Shown piece after piece: positions 12,920 through 25,870 of a DNA stretch of 64,000 nt. The stretch is from Octopus sinensis (lineage: Eukaryota). The DNA lies in the NCBI RefSeq assembly GCF_006345805.1, contig NC_043006.1, positions 34,162,001-34,226,000 on the forward strand, in the 5' to 3' direction. Position 1 is the first letter of the stretch; each line of letters starts with the position of its first letter. The notes beneath the pieces are model-generated. The model ran no database searches. It was not told where the DNA came from and was given only the letters and a program-made list of their open reading frames with translations. The translations under genes and the position numbers were made by a program.

Positions 12920-13619
12920 GCAGTAGCCTAAGGTAGTTTTTCTACTTGGCCTTATCTGTTCTGCCCATGCTTGCATGGAAGATGGATGTTAAATGATGAT
13001 GATGCTAATGATGATGATGTCTATATTTTTCTTGTTTGTTCTGTAATAGTAAAAGAAAGGGGAGGCAGATGAGAGAGAAGTTGCTTCAGAGAGGATGGAA
13101 GGGGTTAAAAAATTTGGTCGTTTTAAATGAAGTGGTGGGGGAGTAAATATTGACAAGAGAGAGAAAGTGTAAGAGAGAGAGAGAGAAAGAGAGAGAGAAA
13201 TAATGTAAGAAAGATAAAGAGCAACAAATGATGGAAGGTAGGAGAAAGCGTAAAATTAAAAAAGGAAACGGTGATTGGAAGAGAGAAAACCTCACACACA
13301 TAAACGTGCTCACTAACTCACACTCACACACGTACATACACCTATACACAAACACACACACACACAGATATTATGTTATGATGTAACAATAAAATTAAAG
13401 CTTTCCCTGCTTCAATTCTAGGAGTGTCTTCAAGAAAAATCTAATTTCAATCCATTACACACACAGTAACGTACTCTCTCTCTTTTTCTCTCTCTCCCTC
13501 ACACACACACACATACATTCACATTGAGTGTTGAAACACTGAAAATAAACAGAAATATTTCATTCCTGATGAATTTAAACTTCTTCCTTTTGAGCCCCAC
13601 TAAATCATTCACTTCTTTC

Positions 13620-13990
13620 TTTTATTCTTTTATTCGTTTCAGTCATTTGAGTGTGACCATGCTGGGGCACCGCCTTTAGTCAAATAAATCGACCTCAGGG
13701 CTTATTCTTTGTAAGCCTAGTACTTATTCTATCGGTCTCTTTGCCAAACTGCTAAGTTACGGGAATGTAAACACACCAACAATGGTTGTCAAGCAATGGT
13801 GGGGGAACAAACACACACACACGCACACATATATACACGACTGGCTTCTTTCAGTTTCCATCTACCAAATCCACTCACAAGACTTTAGTCAGCCTGAGGC
13901 TATAGTAGAAGACACTTTCCCAAGGTGCCACACAGAGGGACTGAACCTGGAACCATGTGGATGGGAAGCAAACTTCTTACCACACAAGTT
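13620..13990 (-). mobile_element. tRNA-headed SINE, family B
   Basis: Colinear with 36481-36880 over most of its length. Confidence 0.8.
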
Positions 13991-14533
13991 TTCATTATGC
14001 AGTTCAGCAGCAGAATTGCCAAAGAGAGCCCTGAGTTCAACTGTAGGGAAGAGAATTCTCCAGGAATTTTGATATTAATCTTATTTGTAGATGAACCAAA
14101 CTAAATAAAATATGGAAAAATTTGAGACTTTTTTCTACATTCTTTAGCATAATTCTTAAAGATAAATAACCTTTAATATACTGGAGACTCTGTCGTTTTT
14201 CACAATGCAAGCTCACCAAAATAAGAGTTTTGTGAAATCATCAACAATTATATAAAGAAGTTCCTTAAAATACAACAATCTATATAAAACTTTCCCTCGT
14301 TTTTAATTCTCTTCGGACTCAATCCTTCAAAATAATTTCAATAAAAATTTAATTGTTCTTACTTTATGAGTTTATAATTAAAACCATGAAACATATGTTG
14401 TGTGGATGCATTTATTGAAGACCATTTTCAGTTTATTTATTTATAAAATGCTGTCAAATTTGACAGCATGGGTATACTAGTATGAGTGTGTCTAAGTCTT
14501 CTGGTTACAAAAGATAAAGTTGGACAATTGTCA

Positions 14534-14570
14534 TGCTGATGATGCCTACTGAACCAGAAACATGTCCACA
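14534..14570 (+). ncRNA. Hammerhead-like motif with intact core but 2-bp stems
   Basis: TG CTGATGA TG cctactgaac CA GAAA CATG TC CA: palindromic ACATGT stem III and a GUC triplet. Confidence 0.35.
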
Positions 14571-14987
14571 ACTCTTCTCTTATCTCCAGGCAGTAAACCT
14601 GTTCTTTTCCTTAATGGCATGTCAGCTTTGGAGAATCCTTGATTTTTGAGATTCCCAAACCAGGCAGTGTGTTGTGCTCATTGTGAAGTGCATCATGACC
14701 AGCAATGTGTAACAACATCTGATAGTTTGCTCAATACTGTGATATACATATGCATGAGTACACACACACACATACAAGCACACGTACATAGTGGCTACTT
14801 TCTCGTATACGAGCAAAGCCATTGCTAGAAAGAAGCATTAAAATGAGTCAATGTTGATGCAATATGTGAGGCCCCTGTATGACTCTTGAGTCCTGCCAAA
14901 GATTTGCACATAGACATAACTGCATACAGAAATGGGGCCACTCAGTAGTTGAGGAGCTGACTAAACTTAACAGTATACAAAAGGGGT

Positions 14988-15346
14988 TTTGTAGTAAAGA
15001 TTGTTTGCCAACATAACATGGCAGTCCTGGTTTAGGACGAATGTTGCTGTAATTTAGCCCCAGGAGACATCGTCTCCAGCTGGATATACAACACAATCTG
15101 TGTCCTTATATTTTCAAACAAGGGAATCTAGCACTCCAACTCAGCTCAAAACAATATCTTTTCACCACATTCACGGAGAATGTTTTGAGCTGAGTGGAGT
15201 TGCTAGATTCCCTTGTTCAAAAATATAAGGACACAGATCGTGTCGTATAGCCAGCTGGAGACGATGTCTCCTGGGGCTAAATTACAGCAACATTCGTCCT
15301 AAACCAGGACTGCCATGTTATGTTGGCAAACAATCTTTACTACAAA
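14988..15346. repeat. Long inverted repeat, 166-bp arms and 27-nt spacer (foldback/MITE-like)
   Basis: 14988-15153 is the near-perfect reverse complement of 15181-15346. Confidence 0.95.
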
Positions 15347-16624
15347 GTACTGTTGCTGAATATCTCATGTTGTGAGATATAAAAATAGTAATTTTCTAAA
15401 AGGGTTTTTGTCTTAATTTCATGGTCAAGTGGATTCAGGAAACAAAAGCAACCTGACTGGAAGAGCAGAAACCCTGAATACAATCTGATACAGAATAAAG
15501 TAGGAGCTCAGTGAAGAGTGTAGCCATAACCCTTAGTGGGGGTGGTAACTAATCTCCTCATATACAGAGTTTGCCATTATTCCCAGTGGTCCTAGACTGT
15601 GACTGTGAGCCCCGCGATTGGCAATTCTCCTCCTTAGGCAGACAAAAGCTTTTAAATAAATGCAGGGCAGAGTGAACTAAATTCTCTTGTATTATACATA
15701 TTTGTAATTTCGTTTTTGGAACAGTGAAACTTGAAGCAGATAAAGCTATAAATAATGGCATATAAATATTGGGTTAAAGGGCCCTTTGGATAGATAAAGT
15801 CAAAGGTACTCTGTGAAGTTCCTAAATTCTTATGTCAACAATATATAGATTAGAGAGAATGAAGGAGGAGGAAGGGTAGGTAGTAGGTGGGGGATGTGTG
15901 TGTGTGTGGAGTTGGGGTGTGCCACCTTATCAAACCCAAGGATTTAAGGTACACACATGCACATTATATACATACACACACACACATATGCACACACACA
16001 CACACACACACACGTATATATGTAATTACCCGCTTTGTGGCTAAAAAGTTTGCATCCCACCCCTGTGGTCTCGGGTTCAGTTCCATTGCACAGTACCCTG
16101 AGCAAATGTCTTCTATTATAGCCCTGGGCCGAGCAAAGCCTTGTGAGTTAATTTGGGCAATAGAAATTGAAATACCCCCATGTGTATGTTCGTATGTATA
16201 GAGATGTGTATGTTTGTACATTTACATCCTCATTTGCTTGCATGAAAGTATGGTGATGATGGTGTTGGATTGTTTCAAAGCCATGTGGGAAAGGGTGACC
16301 CCCGCCCCCACCTCACCTTTCTTGAAAAGCAGACAAGGGAAGAACATCCAGCTGCAAAGAAAAGCAATGTCTTAAATAGCATATTCCCCCAACCCATGAA
16401 GGCATAGAAAAACGGACGTAAAATGAATGAGTGAATGTGAATTATTGTGTGCTTAATTGCCAGCAGAAGACTTTTAAATGATAAATAAACTACTCAATAC
16501 AACAACAGGAAGGCGAGTTAATTATAGGAATTTGTTAACGACTTGCTTATTCAGATCTAATCTTGTTTTAATCTTTGTGACTTTTTTGAAACTAGTTTTA
16601 GTGGATAAACTAGTTACTAACTAG

Positions 16625-16659
<35 letters not shown>

Positions 16660-16893
16660 TCTCTCTCTCTCTCTTCCTCTCTCTCTCTCTCTTCCTCTCT
16701 CTCTCTCTTCCTCTCTCTCTCTCTTCCTCTCTCTCTCTCTTCCTTCCTTTCTCTCTCTTTCCCTCTCCCTCTTCCTCCCTCTCCCTCTCTCTCTTCCTTT
16801 CTCTCTCTCTCTTCCTCTCCCTCTTCCTCTCTCTCTTTCCCTTTCTCTCTTTCTCTCTCTCTCTCTCTTTCTTTCTCTCTCTCTCTTCCTCCC

Positions 16894-16910
<17 letters not shown>
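16625..16910. repeat. (CT)n/(TCTTCC) compound microsatellite
   Basis: Directly visible; source of the RE-repeat ORFs. Confidence 0.95.
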
Positions 16911-16924
<14 letters not shown>

Positions 16925-17063
16925 GTACAAGAATAAGGTAGGACAGACAGCCAACCAGACAGACAGTCAGAAAAGTGGGTGTATGAATTAAGGCAGTTGT
17001 TGTAAATTTAGGAAGAAATGTTTGTGTATCATGTGAAAGCAAAGCTTGCAGTTCCCTCATAGT

Positions 17064-17094
<31 letters not shown>

Positions 17095-17508
17095 CATGTA
17101 TGTATGTATGTATGTATGTGTGTGTGTATAGATTACACATATTTTACATATATTTTACATATATATATATAATGGCAGTGTAGTGTTATAAATAACACTA
17201 CAGCAGCTTGTCTGTCATTCAAGACAAGTGAACATCCTACGTGTAAAACACATTTTTATTTATTTTTATTTTTATTCTTTTATATATATGCTTATATTTA
17301 TATCCTTGCTAAATGCACACAATTTTTTTTTTTTCATTCTGGTGTGTCTGAATAAAGAAAAAAATTTCTTTACATTTTTAAAAACCATTTCGACCATGTT
17401 TTAAACTTCTGCATTCCAAGCCTGCAAAGGTCAGCTTTCTCATTTGCCCTTCTGTATTTGTTAAAAAAACACCTTTAAAATACTGCATATGCTGCTTACT
17501 ATTTAAAG

Positions 17509-18553
17509 CAGTGGTTTTCAACTGAGGTCCACATGACCCGGGGGGGGGGGCGGTGTTCATATAAGATTTTGCGGGAACCACACAAGCAAAACAGTAAATT
17601 GGGAGTTCTAGGGTAGTATCTAGGGGTTAATGGAAATACTTTGCTATAGATGTGCTTATTGCAAGAAACAGCGAGGTTTCTTTCTCTAGCACTTAACTTA
17701 GTCCAACATCTTTCTGGCGACTGAAACATGTTCTCTGAGAGTTCTAGTGCAATCCTACACAAGTAAACATGAGAAAAACAAGACAGGAACCTTGAAAGAA
17801 GTATTGATAAAAGTACTTTTTAAACATTGAATGGCTATGGCGGAGGGTCTACTAGAGTAAAACAGTGTAGCAGATTCAAAACCAAATAGCTGGGTAGCTG
17901 AGTAGGCATCACAGACAAGCTACATTAGTTTCACATGATCAACTGATGAGCTGACCAATCACACTATTGCATAATTCCATCTTCTAGAACTTTGTCATTG
18001 AGCCCTACATAAAGGTGGTTTTTGGCAGCAATTCCAGGATGTTGAGACCACCATTTGATGTCTCCATTCTCATTTCATCACCAGCTCTTGGTAGATACAG
18101 TGCATGGACTCTGTCAACATGAATGTAGCATAATTATTTTCCAGTTGTGATGGGCCAGATGCAATTGCTATACCAGTTAAATTGCTGTAAATCCCATTTG
18201 CATGTCTCTCCTGGCAGATACAGGTCATGGACTCTGTCAACATGAATGTAGCATGGTTATTTTCCAGTTGTGATGGGCCAGCTGCAATTGCTATACCAGT
18301 TAAATTGCTGTAGATCCCACTTGCATGTCTCTCCTGATGTGTAATCATTGCTGTTAGTTTTTGTCAAAAGACCAACACACAAAACTCTATGTGCAGTAAA
18401 TAAAGCTTTCTATTAATTGTTTGTGAATGTTGTTAATTACTTCATGCAGCCTGAGAAATACATTCACCAATGGCTACCATAATGACAACAACATAACCCT
18501 ATGACAAGAGTAATCAAAGGGGTACATAGATTAAAAAAGGTTGAGAACTGTTG
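17509..18553 (+). mobile_element. hAT/Charlie-like DNA transposon relic with internal 123-bp tandem duplication
   Basis: Ends cagtggttttcaac / ggttgagaactgttg resemble Charlie TIRs. Degenerate translation ...AIAIPVKLL*IPF... resembles the hAT C-terminal domain. The 8-bp TSD is not preserved. Confidence 0.5.
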
Positions 18554-19049
18554 GTATAATTCAGTATAGTGTGATGCTGAATGGTGGTGCTACATAAGTG
18601 TGGTGCTTGGAATACTTCGAAGTGTTAGAAATATAATAGCACTGAATAAAATGCCTTGCCTCATCCCTCTACATTATCAGTTCAAATCCTGTCCAAGCCC
18701 AGTTGGGCTTTCATATCTTTGGAGTCAATAAAACATACACTCCTACACAAAAACAGAAGCACAAAGAGTTACTAAGCATGGATGAAATTAAACTTCTTTC
18801 TATGCATCAAAAAGATCCAACATTCTGAGAGACTACAGAAGCAGTATACATATTTGGAGTAAAACTTGATTCCATACATATCCTCAATGAATGGAATGAG
18901 GATCAACATTTGCACAACTCTCTGCTACCATTATCACCTCAGTAATAAACGAATGAGAATTAAAATAAGATTAGCATCAACAAAAGTTAACCACCACACC
19001 CAAACACACATACACAAACCACTAACACACAAACCATACAAAAACCATA

Positions 19050-19216
19050 AATAGGTGCTTGTGTAGCTGTGTGGTAAGAAGCTTGCTTCCCTGCCACATG
19101 GTTCCATGTTCACTCCCACTGCATGGCATTTGGAGCATGTGTCTTCTACTATAGCCTTAGGCCAACCAAAGCCTTGTGAATGGATTTGGTAGATGGAAAC
19201 TGAGAGAAGCCTGTTG

Positions 19217-19251
<35 letters not shown>

Positions 19252-19480
19252 GTGTGTGTGTGTGTGTGAGACTTTGTATCTGTTTGCCACCCATCACCTC
19301 TTGACAACCAGTGTTGGTATGTTTATGTCTCCATGACATTAGTGGTTCAGCAAAAAAGACCGGCAGAATAAGTACTAGGCTTAAGAAATAAGTCCTGAGG
19401 TTGATTTGTTCCACTAAAAGCTTTCAAGGCAGTGCTCCAGAATGGTTGCAGTGAAATGACTTAAACAAGTAAAAGAATAC
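19050..19480 (+). mobile_element. tRNA-headed SINE, family B, near full length
   Basis: Head gtagctgtgtggtaagaagcttgcttccc...ggttccatgttcactccc, central TA/TG microsatellite, tail gtgctccagaatgg...gacttaaacaagtaaaaga. Confidence 0.8.
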
Positions 19481-21074
19481 ACAAGCACAAACAACAAACT
19501 AAGAAAAACACACACTCGTATATCCATTCTAATGTCAGCAACAACAAATCAAAAAACAAAATGAAGAAAAATAAAACTGACATGTTGAAAATAAAACAAT
19601 AATAAAACACACACATGCGCGTGCGCACTTGATGGGTCTTGGCAACAAAGCATGCAAGAATATCATTCGGAGGGTTTGGAATCATTGTTACAGAAGTGAG
19701 ACGAAAAATTTATGATAAATTAATTAACATCTGAAGTGAACTACAACCAGTGTATGTGTTTAATGACAGTAGTATAACTCTCAAAATGCACACACACACA
19801 TTTTTGCATCTGCTTTTCATACTAAAATACATTGCCATGGTGTCAGTCAGTTTACATTCCATCACTGTCCCCACCAAGCACCTCTAGATAGATTGAGGAC
19901 CCTATCTCCCTTATACGCTTTATTTTTAGCATGATTTCTACAGCTGGGTGCCCTTTCTAACTCTAACTACATAACAGAGTGACAGGAGCTGTAGAGAAGT
20001 TGTCATTCTCAGCAAAACTAAAACTTCCTCTCATGCCAACATGTCTCTGCTCATACACCAACCACTTTACAAACTGTGATTGGTGTGTTTTATTATGGTA
20101 TCAGCCAGGTTACTAGATGGTGTGGTTACTTTGTGCCCTGTGAGACTAAAGAGTCCATACTAGTTAACGAACTGTCCAGCCATCCATGAGACTGTGACTA
20201 AGAGGATAAATTAAAAAGAAAGCAATGACAGCCAGTCTGTATCTCACTACCATGTAACATTGCAGTTCTAACACAATTTGTCACTGAAATAGTTGTTGAT
20301 TTATTTTACTTGCTACATCTTTGTACATAGCTTGTACAGCCCTCAGCCCTCACAACCCTCACAAGCCCTCACAGCTCTCACAAGCCATTTCTCAACACCC
20401 AGTTTCATTAGTAATCACCTAATTAGCAAGTGTTGTGACCTTTTAAATGCCTTTTCCATGTCAATGAACGGTTTGCTCTTATTGTTGGGAGGCAAATGAG
20501 AAAATTAGCTTGCTTCCCAGTGACATGGTTTCAGACTCAGGCTCACTGTGTGGTACCTTAGGTAAGTGCTTTCTACAATAGTGCAGGGCCAACCAAGGTT
20601 TTGTGAACATATTGGAAAGATGCTTGTATCTCTTTGTCAAGGCATTGTGTGATGGTTGTAAGACAAGAGTTACCATCACATAGGTGATGTTCTTTGTTTC
20701 CTGTCCTTCTTGAAAGCATGTCCATCCATGGGCAGATGTTACTTTGCTTGGATACAGGTGTGAGTTGGAGACAAGCAGGGCATCTAGACATAAATAGTTT
20801 GCCTTAAATTCTGTCTGACCCTTGCAAACATGGAAAAAAGGATGTTAAAAGTACATTGAAAATGAAGTGTGATCAAGAATGAAAATGAATACCTGAGTTA
20901 TTTGATATTTGTCAATGATGATTCTGAACTCAAGTTCATCAAAGTTCTAGATGACGTTATATCTGGAATATGGGGGAGATAGAAGTGTAACCTGGAGAAC
21001 AGCTGAGCATTTCTGTAAGGTAAACTGCAGTGAGCCACATACTAGTTAGATTATTGTTTGTTCTACATTACTAT

Positions 21075-21454
21075 GGCACTCTGTCGGTTACAATGACAAG
21101 GGCTCCAGTTGATCCAATCAACAGAACAGCCTGCTCGTTAAATTAACGAGCAAGTGGCTGAGCACTCTACAGACACATGTATCCTTAATGTAGTTCTCGG
21201 GGAGATTCAGCGAGACACAGAGTGTGACAAGGCTGGCCCTTTGAAATACACGTACAACAGAAACAGGAAGAAAGAGTGAGAGAAAGCTGTGGTGAAAGAG
21301 TACAGCAGGGTTCGCTACCACCTCCTGCTAGAAGTCTCATGGAGCTTTAGAGTGTTTTCACTCAATAAACACTCAATGCCTGGTCTGGGAATTGAAGCAG
21401 CGATCCTATATCCAGGAGTCTTCTGCCCTAACCACTGGGCCATTGTGCCTCCAC
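21075..21454 (-). mobile_element. tRNA-headed SINE, family E
   Basis: Minus strand starts gtggaggcacaatggcccagtggttagggcag; colinear with 48261-48617. Confidence 0.8.
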
Positions 21455-22273
21455 TTGTTCTACATAATCATTCAATCAATAAAGAGTTGTATTTGGTTGT
21501 TCTGGAAGAAAGAAAGCAAAGGAAGCAATCAGAGACATGGAAAAACAAATATTAGCAATTGCCCTACAAGAATGGACCTGTTCAAGCATGAGGCCCTTGC
21601 CTGTGTCTTTTGGGCAAAATATGAAATGAATCTCCTCCTCAAGACATCCTTCTATCTGGTTTTGGCCCCTGCAGACTTTCTTTTGTTCTCTGTGGTAGCT
21701 CATTTCTGGTTAGAGATTTGAATAAAATTCTTGATGAAAACTGAAACTGAATTCAGAAATCACATTCTAAAACTGGAATGACTAAAAAAGAAGGGGGTGT
21801 TGGTGGTGGTGGTGTACCGACATGAGAAGAAGAAACTATTTTGAAGGAGAAAAATCTAATTAAGTTATGAGTAAAGCAAAATATTTTTTTAAAGTTTGGT
21901 TTATTTTTAGGCAAGACACACACACACATGCATACACACACATGCATACACACATATGCACACACATGCATGCACGCACATGCACATATATACACTTGCA
22001 CATGTATGCATACACACACACACAACCATAAAATGTATCAAAGTACACTCAAAGAAATAAAGGCACCCACTTTCTTGCCAAGATGTGTATGTTTAAGAGA
22101 CATGGCATCCATTAACCATTCAAGAACCAGTTAAACAAGTATCACACATCAAGAGAACAAAAATTCGGGAAGGTTTAGATATAATAAGGTTTAAGTAAAC
22201 AGATTAAGATAAAACTGGCCTTATTTATTCATTTATAAGTCACTCTTGTGTATAAGTAACACCCCTAATTTAG

Positions 22274-22748
22274 TTTCTATATTTAAGAGATGAGGAATTA
22301 TGTACATTATTTACATTTGACGGATACTGGTCCTCATCTTGTTTGTTGTTAACATATTTCAGCTGATATACCCTCCAGCCTTCATTAGGTGTCTTGAGGA
22401 AATGTTTTACCTGGGTTCTCATTCCTGAGGTATTTTTCGATGTTATTATTATTATTATTCAGGTCACTTCCTGGAATCGAACTTGGAATCTTGGGGTTAG
22501 TGGCCCGTGCTCTTAACCACGGGCATATAGCGTAGGGGTTAAGAGAACGGGCTGCTAACCCCAAGATTCCGAGTTCGATTCCAGGCAGTGACCTAAATAA
22601 TAATAATAACATAAAAAAATATCTTAGGAATGAGAACCCAGGTTCGAAATTTCCCCAAGACACCTGATGAAAGCTGGAGAGTATATCAGCTGAAATATGT
22701 TAACAACAAACAAGATGAGGACAAATATCCATCAAATGTAAATAATAT
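22274..22748. mobile_element. Palindromic insertion: two head-to-head tRNA-like heads, each followed by a Penelope-type hammerhead tail; 11-bp TSD
   Basis: The left half is the reverse complement of the right half. Head ggttaagag...gggctgctaacccc...gagttcgattcc; tail cctgatgaaagctg...cagctgaaa. CCCTAATTTAG at 22263-22273 and 22749-22759. Confidence 0.8.
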
Positions 22749-23167
22749 CCCTAATTTAGCTTTAAATCTTGGTACAAAATTTGGTTCCTTTCATTGTTTT
22801 AGCTTTGACCCAAATATAAGTCACATCGCAGGGGTATTTTTTCAGTTAAAATCAAGGATAAAACAGTGCAACAAATACACGAGTAGATATGGTGCCTCAT
22901 TTCAAATTTATGGACTTCCTCTTATCATTGAAAGAAAACTCTCTCAGGATGATTGTTGATATTCTCTACAAACAAATCATCCTGTAGATCTGAGCTTTTA
23001 AAGAGATTAAAAACGGATGTGGATTGGCAAGCGGAAGGGCGTCTGGCTGAGAATGTTTTCAATATATATTTGCCTAACCCATGCTGCCATTGAAAGAACA
23101 AGCTTGTTATGTGTATGTGTGTGAGTTTATGTATATGTGTGTGTGTTTGTATACATGTATGTATATA

Positions 23168-23552
23168 CTAGCAGTATCGCCCGGCGTTGCTCGGGTTTGT
23201 AAGGGAAATAACTATAAAGGATTTTTTAGAGAGTTATAGCCAAAAAATAGCAAAAAAATGGGAAAAAAAAGATGGTAAATTTTTTTTGATAGTTAAAAAG
23301 GTCGAGTTGCGTCCCCATGACCATCTGTGGTTTGTATTTCTGATTGTCGACCCCATGTTGAATTTATCGATCTTTTTCAGAACTGGGGGAACTTTTCAAA
23401 ATTTTCGCTGCGTTAGTTTTGAATTATGACATTGGGCTATGTGTGTGTCAAGTTTCATCAGAATCGGTTGAAAGCCATGGTCAGAGTGAGGGTACAAGCA
23501 AACAGACACACAGAAACACACACAGACAAACTGCCGTTTATATATAGAGAGA
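23168..23552 (-). mobile_element. Non-autonomous Helitron
   Basis: Minus strand: A|TCTCTCTATATATAAACGG start, subterminal hairpin CCCGAGCAACGCCGGG, end CTAG|T. Confidence 0.8.
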
Positions 23553-23644
23553 TATGTATGTAGATGAGTATCTGTGAAAGTGCGTATTTATATATCCATA
23601 TGTATATATACATATACCATGTGTTATGCTTATATATATATATA

Positions 23645-23888
23645 TATATATACCAATTAAGGACTGAACACGAAAAGTGGACAGTCAACATGCTAGATAT
23701 AGACGTCAAATCGCCATTCACCACAAAAGATTATGTTCTCAGATCAAACTCAACACAAAACACAACACAGTTTGATCTGTTGAGTTTGATCTGAGAACAT
23801 AATCTTTTGTGGTGAATGGCGATTTGACGTCTATATCTAGCATGTTGACTGTCCACTTTTCGTGTTCAGTCCTTAATTGGTATATATA
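23645..23888. repeat. Perfect inverted repeat, 111-bp arms and 22-nt spacer
   Basis: 23645-23755 is the exact reverse complement of 23778-23888, inserted in (TA)n. Confidence 0.95.
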
Positions 23889-23966
23889 AATATTTTAATC
23901 TTCGGATTCTTTTTTAATATGCTAGACCACTGGTCTTAATTGATAAATATCAATTTCTACCCTTAA

Positions 23967-23997
<31 letters not shown>

Positions 23998-24021
23998 CAT
24001 ACACAATGTACACACATAAAG

Positions 24022-24055
<34 letters not shown>

Positions 24056-24241
24056 CCACACATGTTCTATATATATATATATATATATATAGACAAGAAA
24101 ATGAAACAGAAATCTATGAAGAGAAAGTTTCTGGTGGAAGGAAATATCTTCCAAGTCTAGTTCTTTCTTTGGACATAATTCATAATCCACAACTTAATCC
24201 CTGCTAATCCTCTGCAAATAATTTTCACTAATGATCTAATT

Positions 24242-24555
24242 GTGGAGGCACATGGCCTAGTGGTTAGAGCAGTGGACTCGCGGTCAAAGTATTGTGGGTT
24301 CGAATCTCAGACGGGGCAAAATGTGTGTTTATGAGCAAAACACCTAAGCTCTACGTGGCTCCGGCAGAAGGTAATGGTGAACTTCTGTTGACTCTTTTGC
24401 CACAACTTTCTCTCAGTCTTTCCTCCTGCATCTTGCAGCTCACCTGCGATGGACTGCCATCCCATCCAGGCGGGGAACCTATACGCCAAGCAAACTGGGA
24501 AACTGGCCCTAATGAGCCAAGCGTGGCTCAAGAAGGAACAAACAAACAAACAACA
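24242..24555 (+). mobile_element. tRNA-headed SINE, family E with alternative 3' tail
   Basis: A box tggcctagtggttag and B box ggttcgaatct; tail cctgcgatggactgccatcccatccagg...(aaac)n. Confidence 0.8.
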
Positions 24556-24829
24556 ACAGCAATGATCTAATTAAGCAATTTCCTATAATTCCACTGTTAA
24601 TAATGCTTTTTAATTTTACCAATTATTCAGTGATTTATAGAATTTCTTCAGCTGAATCGAAAGTGAGAAATCTCTCAGTTAAAAAAAACAAACATTTGTA
24701 ACTTATGGAACTCTTGGATCACCAGCCATTCACCATCATCATCATCACCATTATTATTACCACCATCATCATCATCGTTGTCATCCTCATTATCATTACA
24801 GTCAAAGTTAAAATCAAGATAGAAATCGT

Positions 24830-25453
24830 AGTTGTGGCCGATGCCAGTGCTGCCTGACTGGTACTCGTGCTGGTGTCACATAATAAGCACCATCCAAGCA
24901 TGAGTCAATGCCAGTGCCACTTGACTGGCTCCCCATGCCGGTCCCATGTAAAAAGCACCATCTGAATGTGGTCGATGCCAGTGCCACCAGACTGGCTCCT
25001 GTGCTGGTGGCATGTAAAAAGTACCCTCTACACTCTCGGAATGGTTGGCATGAGGAAGGGCATCTAACTGTAGAAATCTTGCCAGATCAGATAGGAGCCT
25101 GGTGAGGCCTCCTGGCTTGCCAGTCCTCGGTCAAACCATCCAACCGAAGCCAGCATGGAAAATGGACATTAAACAATGATGGTGATGATGATGCTTGTTT
25201 TAATGTCCAATCAAAACCTCTGATTGGGTTTGGCATACAAGAACTATAAGAAACCCATCATATATATATATATATATATCATAATCATCATATCATTTAA
25301 CATCTGCTTTCCATGCTGGCATGGGTGGAATGGCTTCACAAGAGCCGGCCAGGCAGAAGCCTACACCAGACTTCTGTTACTGTTTTGGCAGGATTTTTAC
25401 AGCTGGATGCCCTTTCTAACACTGACCATCCACATATATATATATATATATAT

Positions 25454-25487
<34 letters not shown>

Positions 25488-25870
25488 ACATACTAGCTTT
25501 AGGTGACCTGCTCTACGCGCGGGTAAGAGTGTGGTTGTTACTTTCTGTTGCTTCCTTTCAGCACGTAAAAAGCACCATCCGAACATGGCCGATGGCAGCG
25601 CCACCTTGGCTGGCTTCTGTGCTGGTGGCACATAAAACGCACCAACCTATCGTGGCCGCTGCCAGCCCCCTGGCACCTGTGCCGGCGGCACGAAAAAAGC
25701 ACCTACTACACTCAGGGAGTGGTTGGTGTTAGGAAGGGCATCCACCTGTAGAAACACTGCCAGATCAGACTGGAGCCAGTTGCAGCCTCCTGGCTTCCCA
25801 GACCCCGGTCAAACCGTCCAACCCATACTAGCATGGAAAACGGACGTTAAACGATGATGATGATGATGAT
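24830..25870. mobile_element. Cluster of three family C copies in +/-/+ orientation
   Basis: (GAT)n tails at ~25180 (+), ~25290 (-), ~25855 (+). Confidence 0.8.

Noticed and set aside
15558-15761. Possible exon in either orientation
   Set aside because: Both strands give short frames ending in stops, with no recognisable motif or partner exon.
24242-24320. Possible tRNA genes (also 22530-22600, 48545-48617)
   Set aside because: No complete acceptor stem, and each continues into a repeated SINE body.
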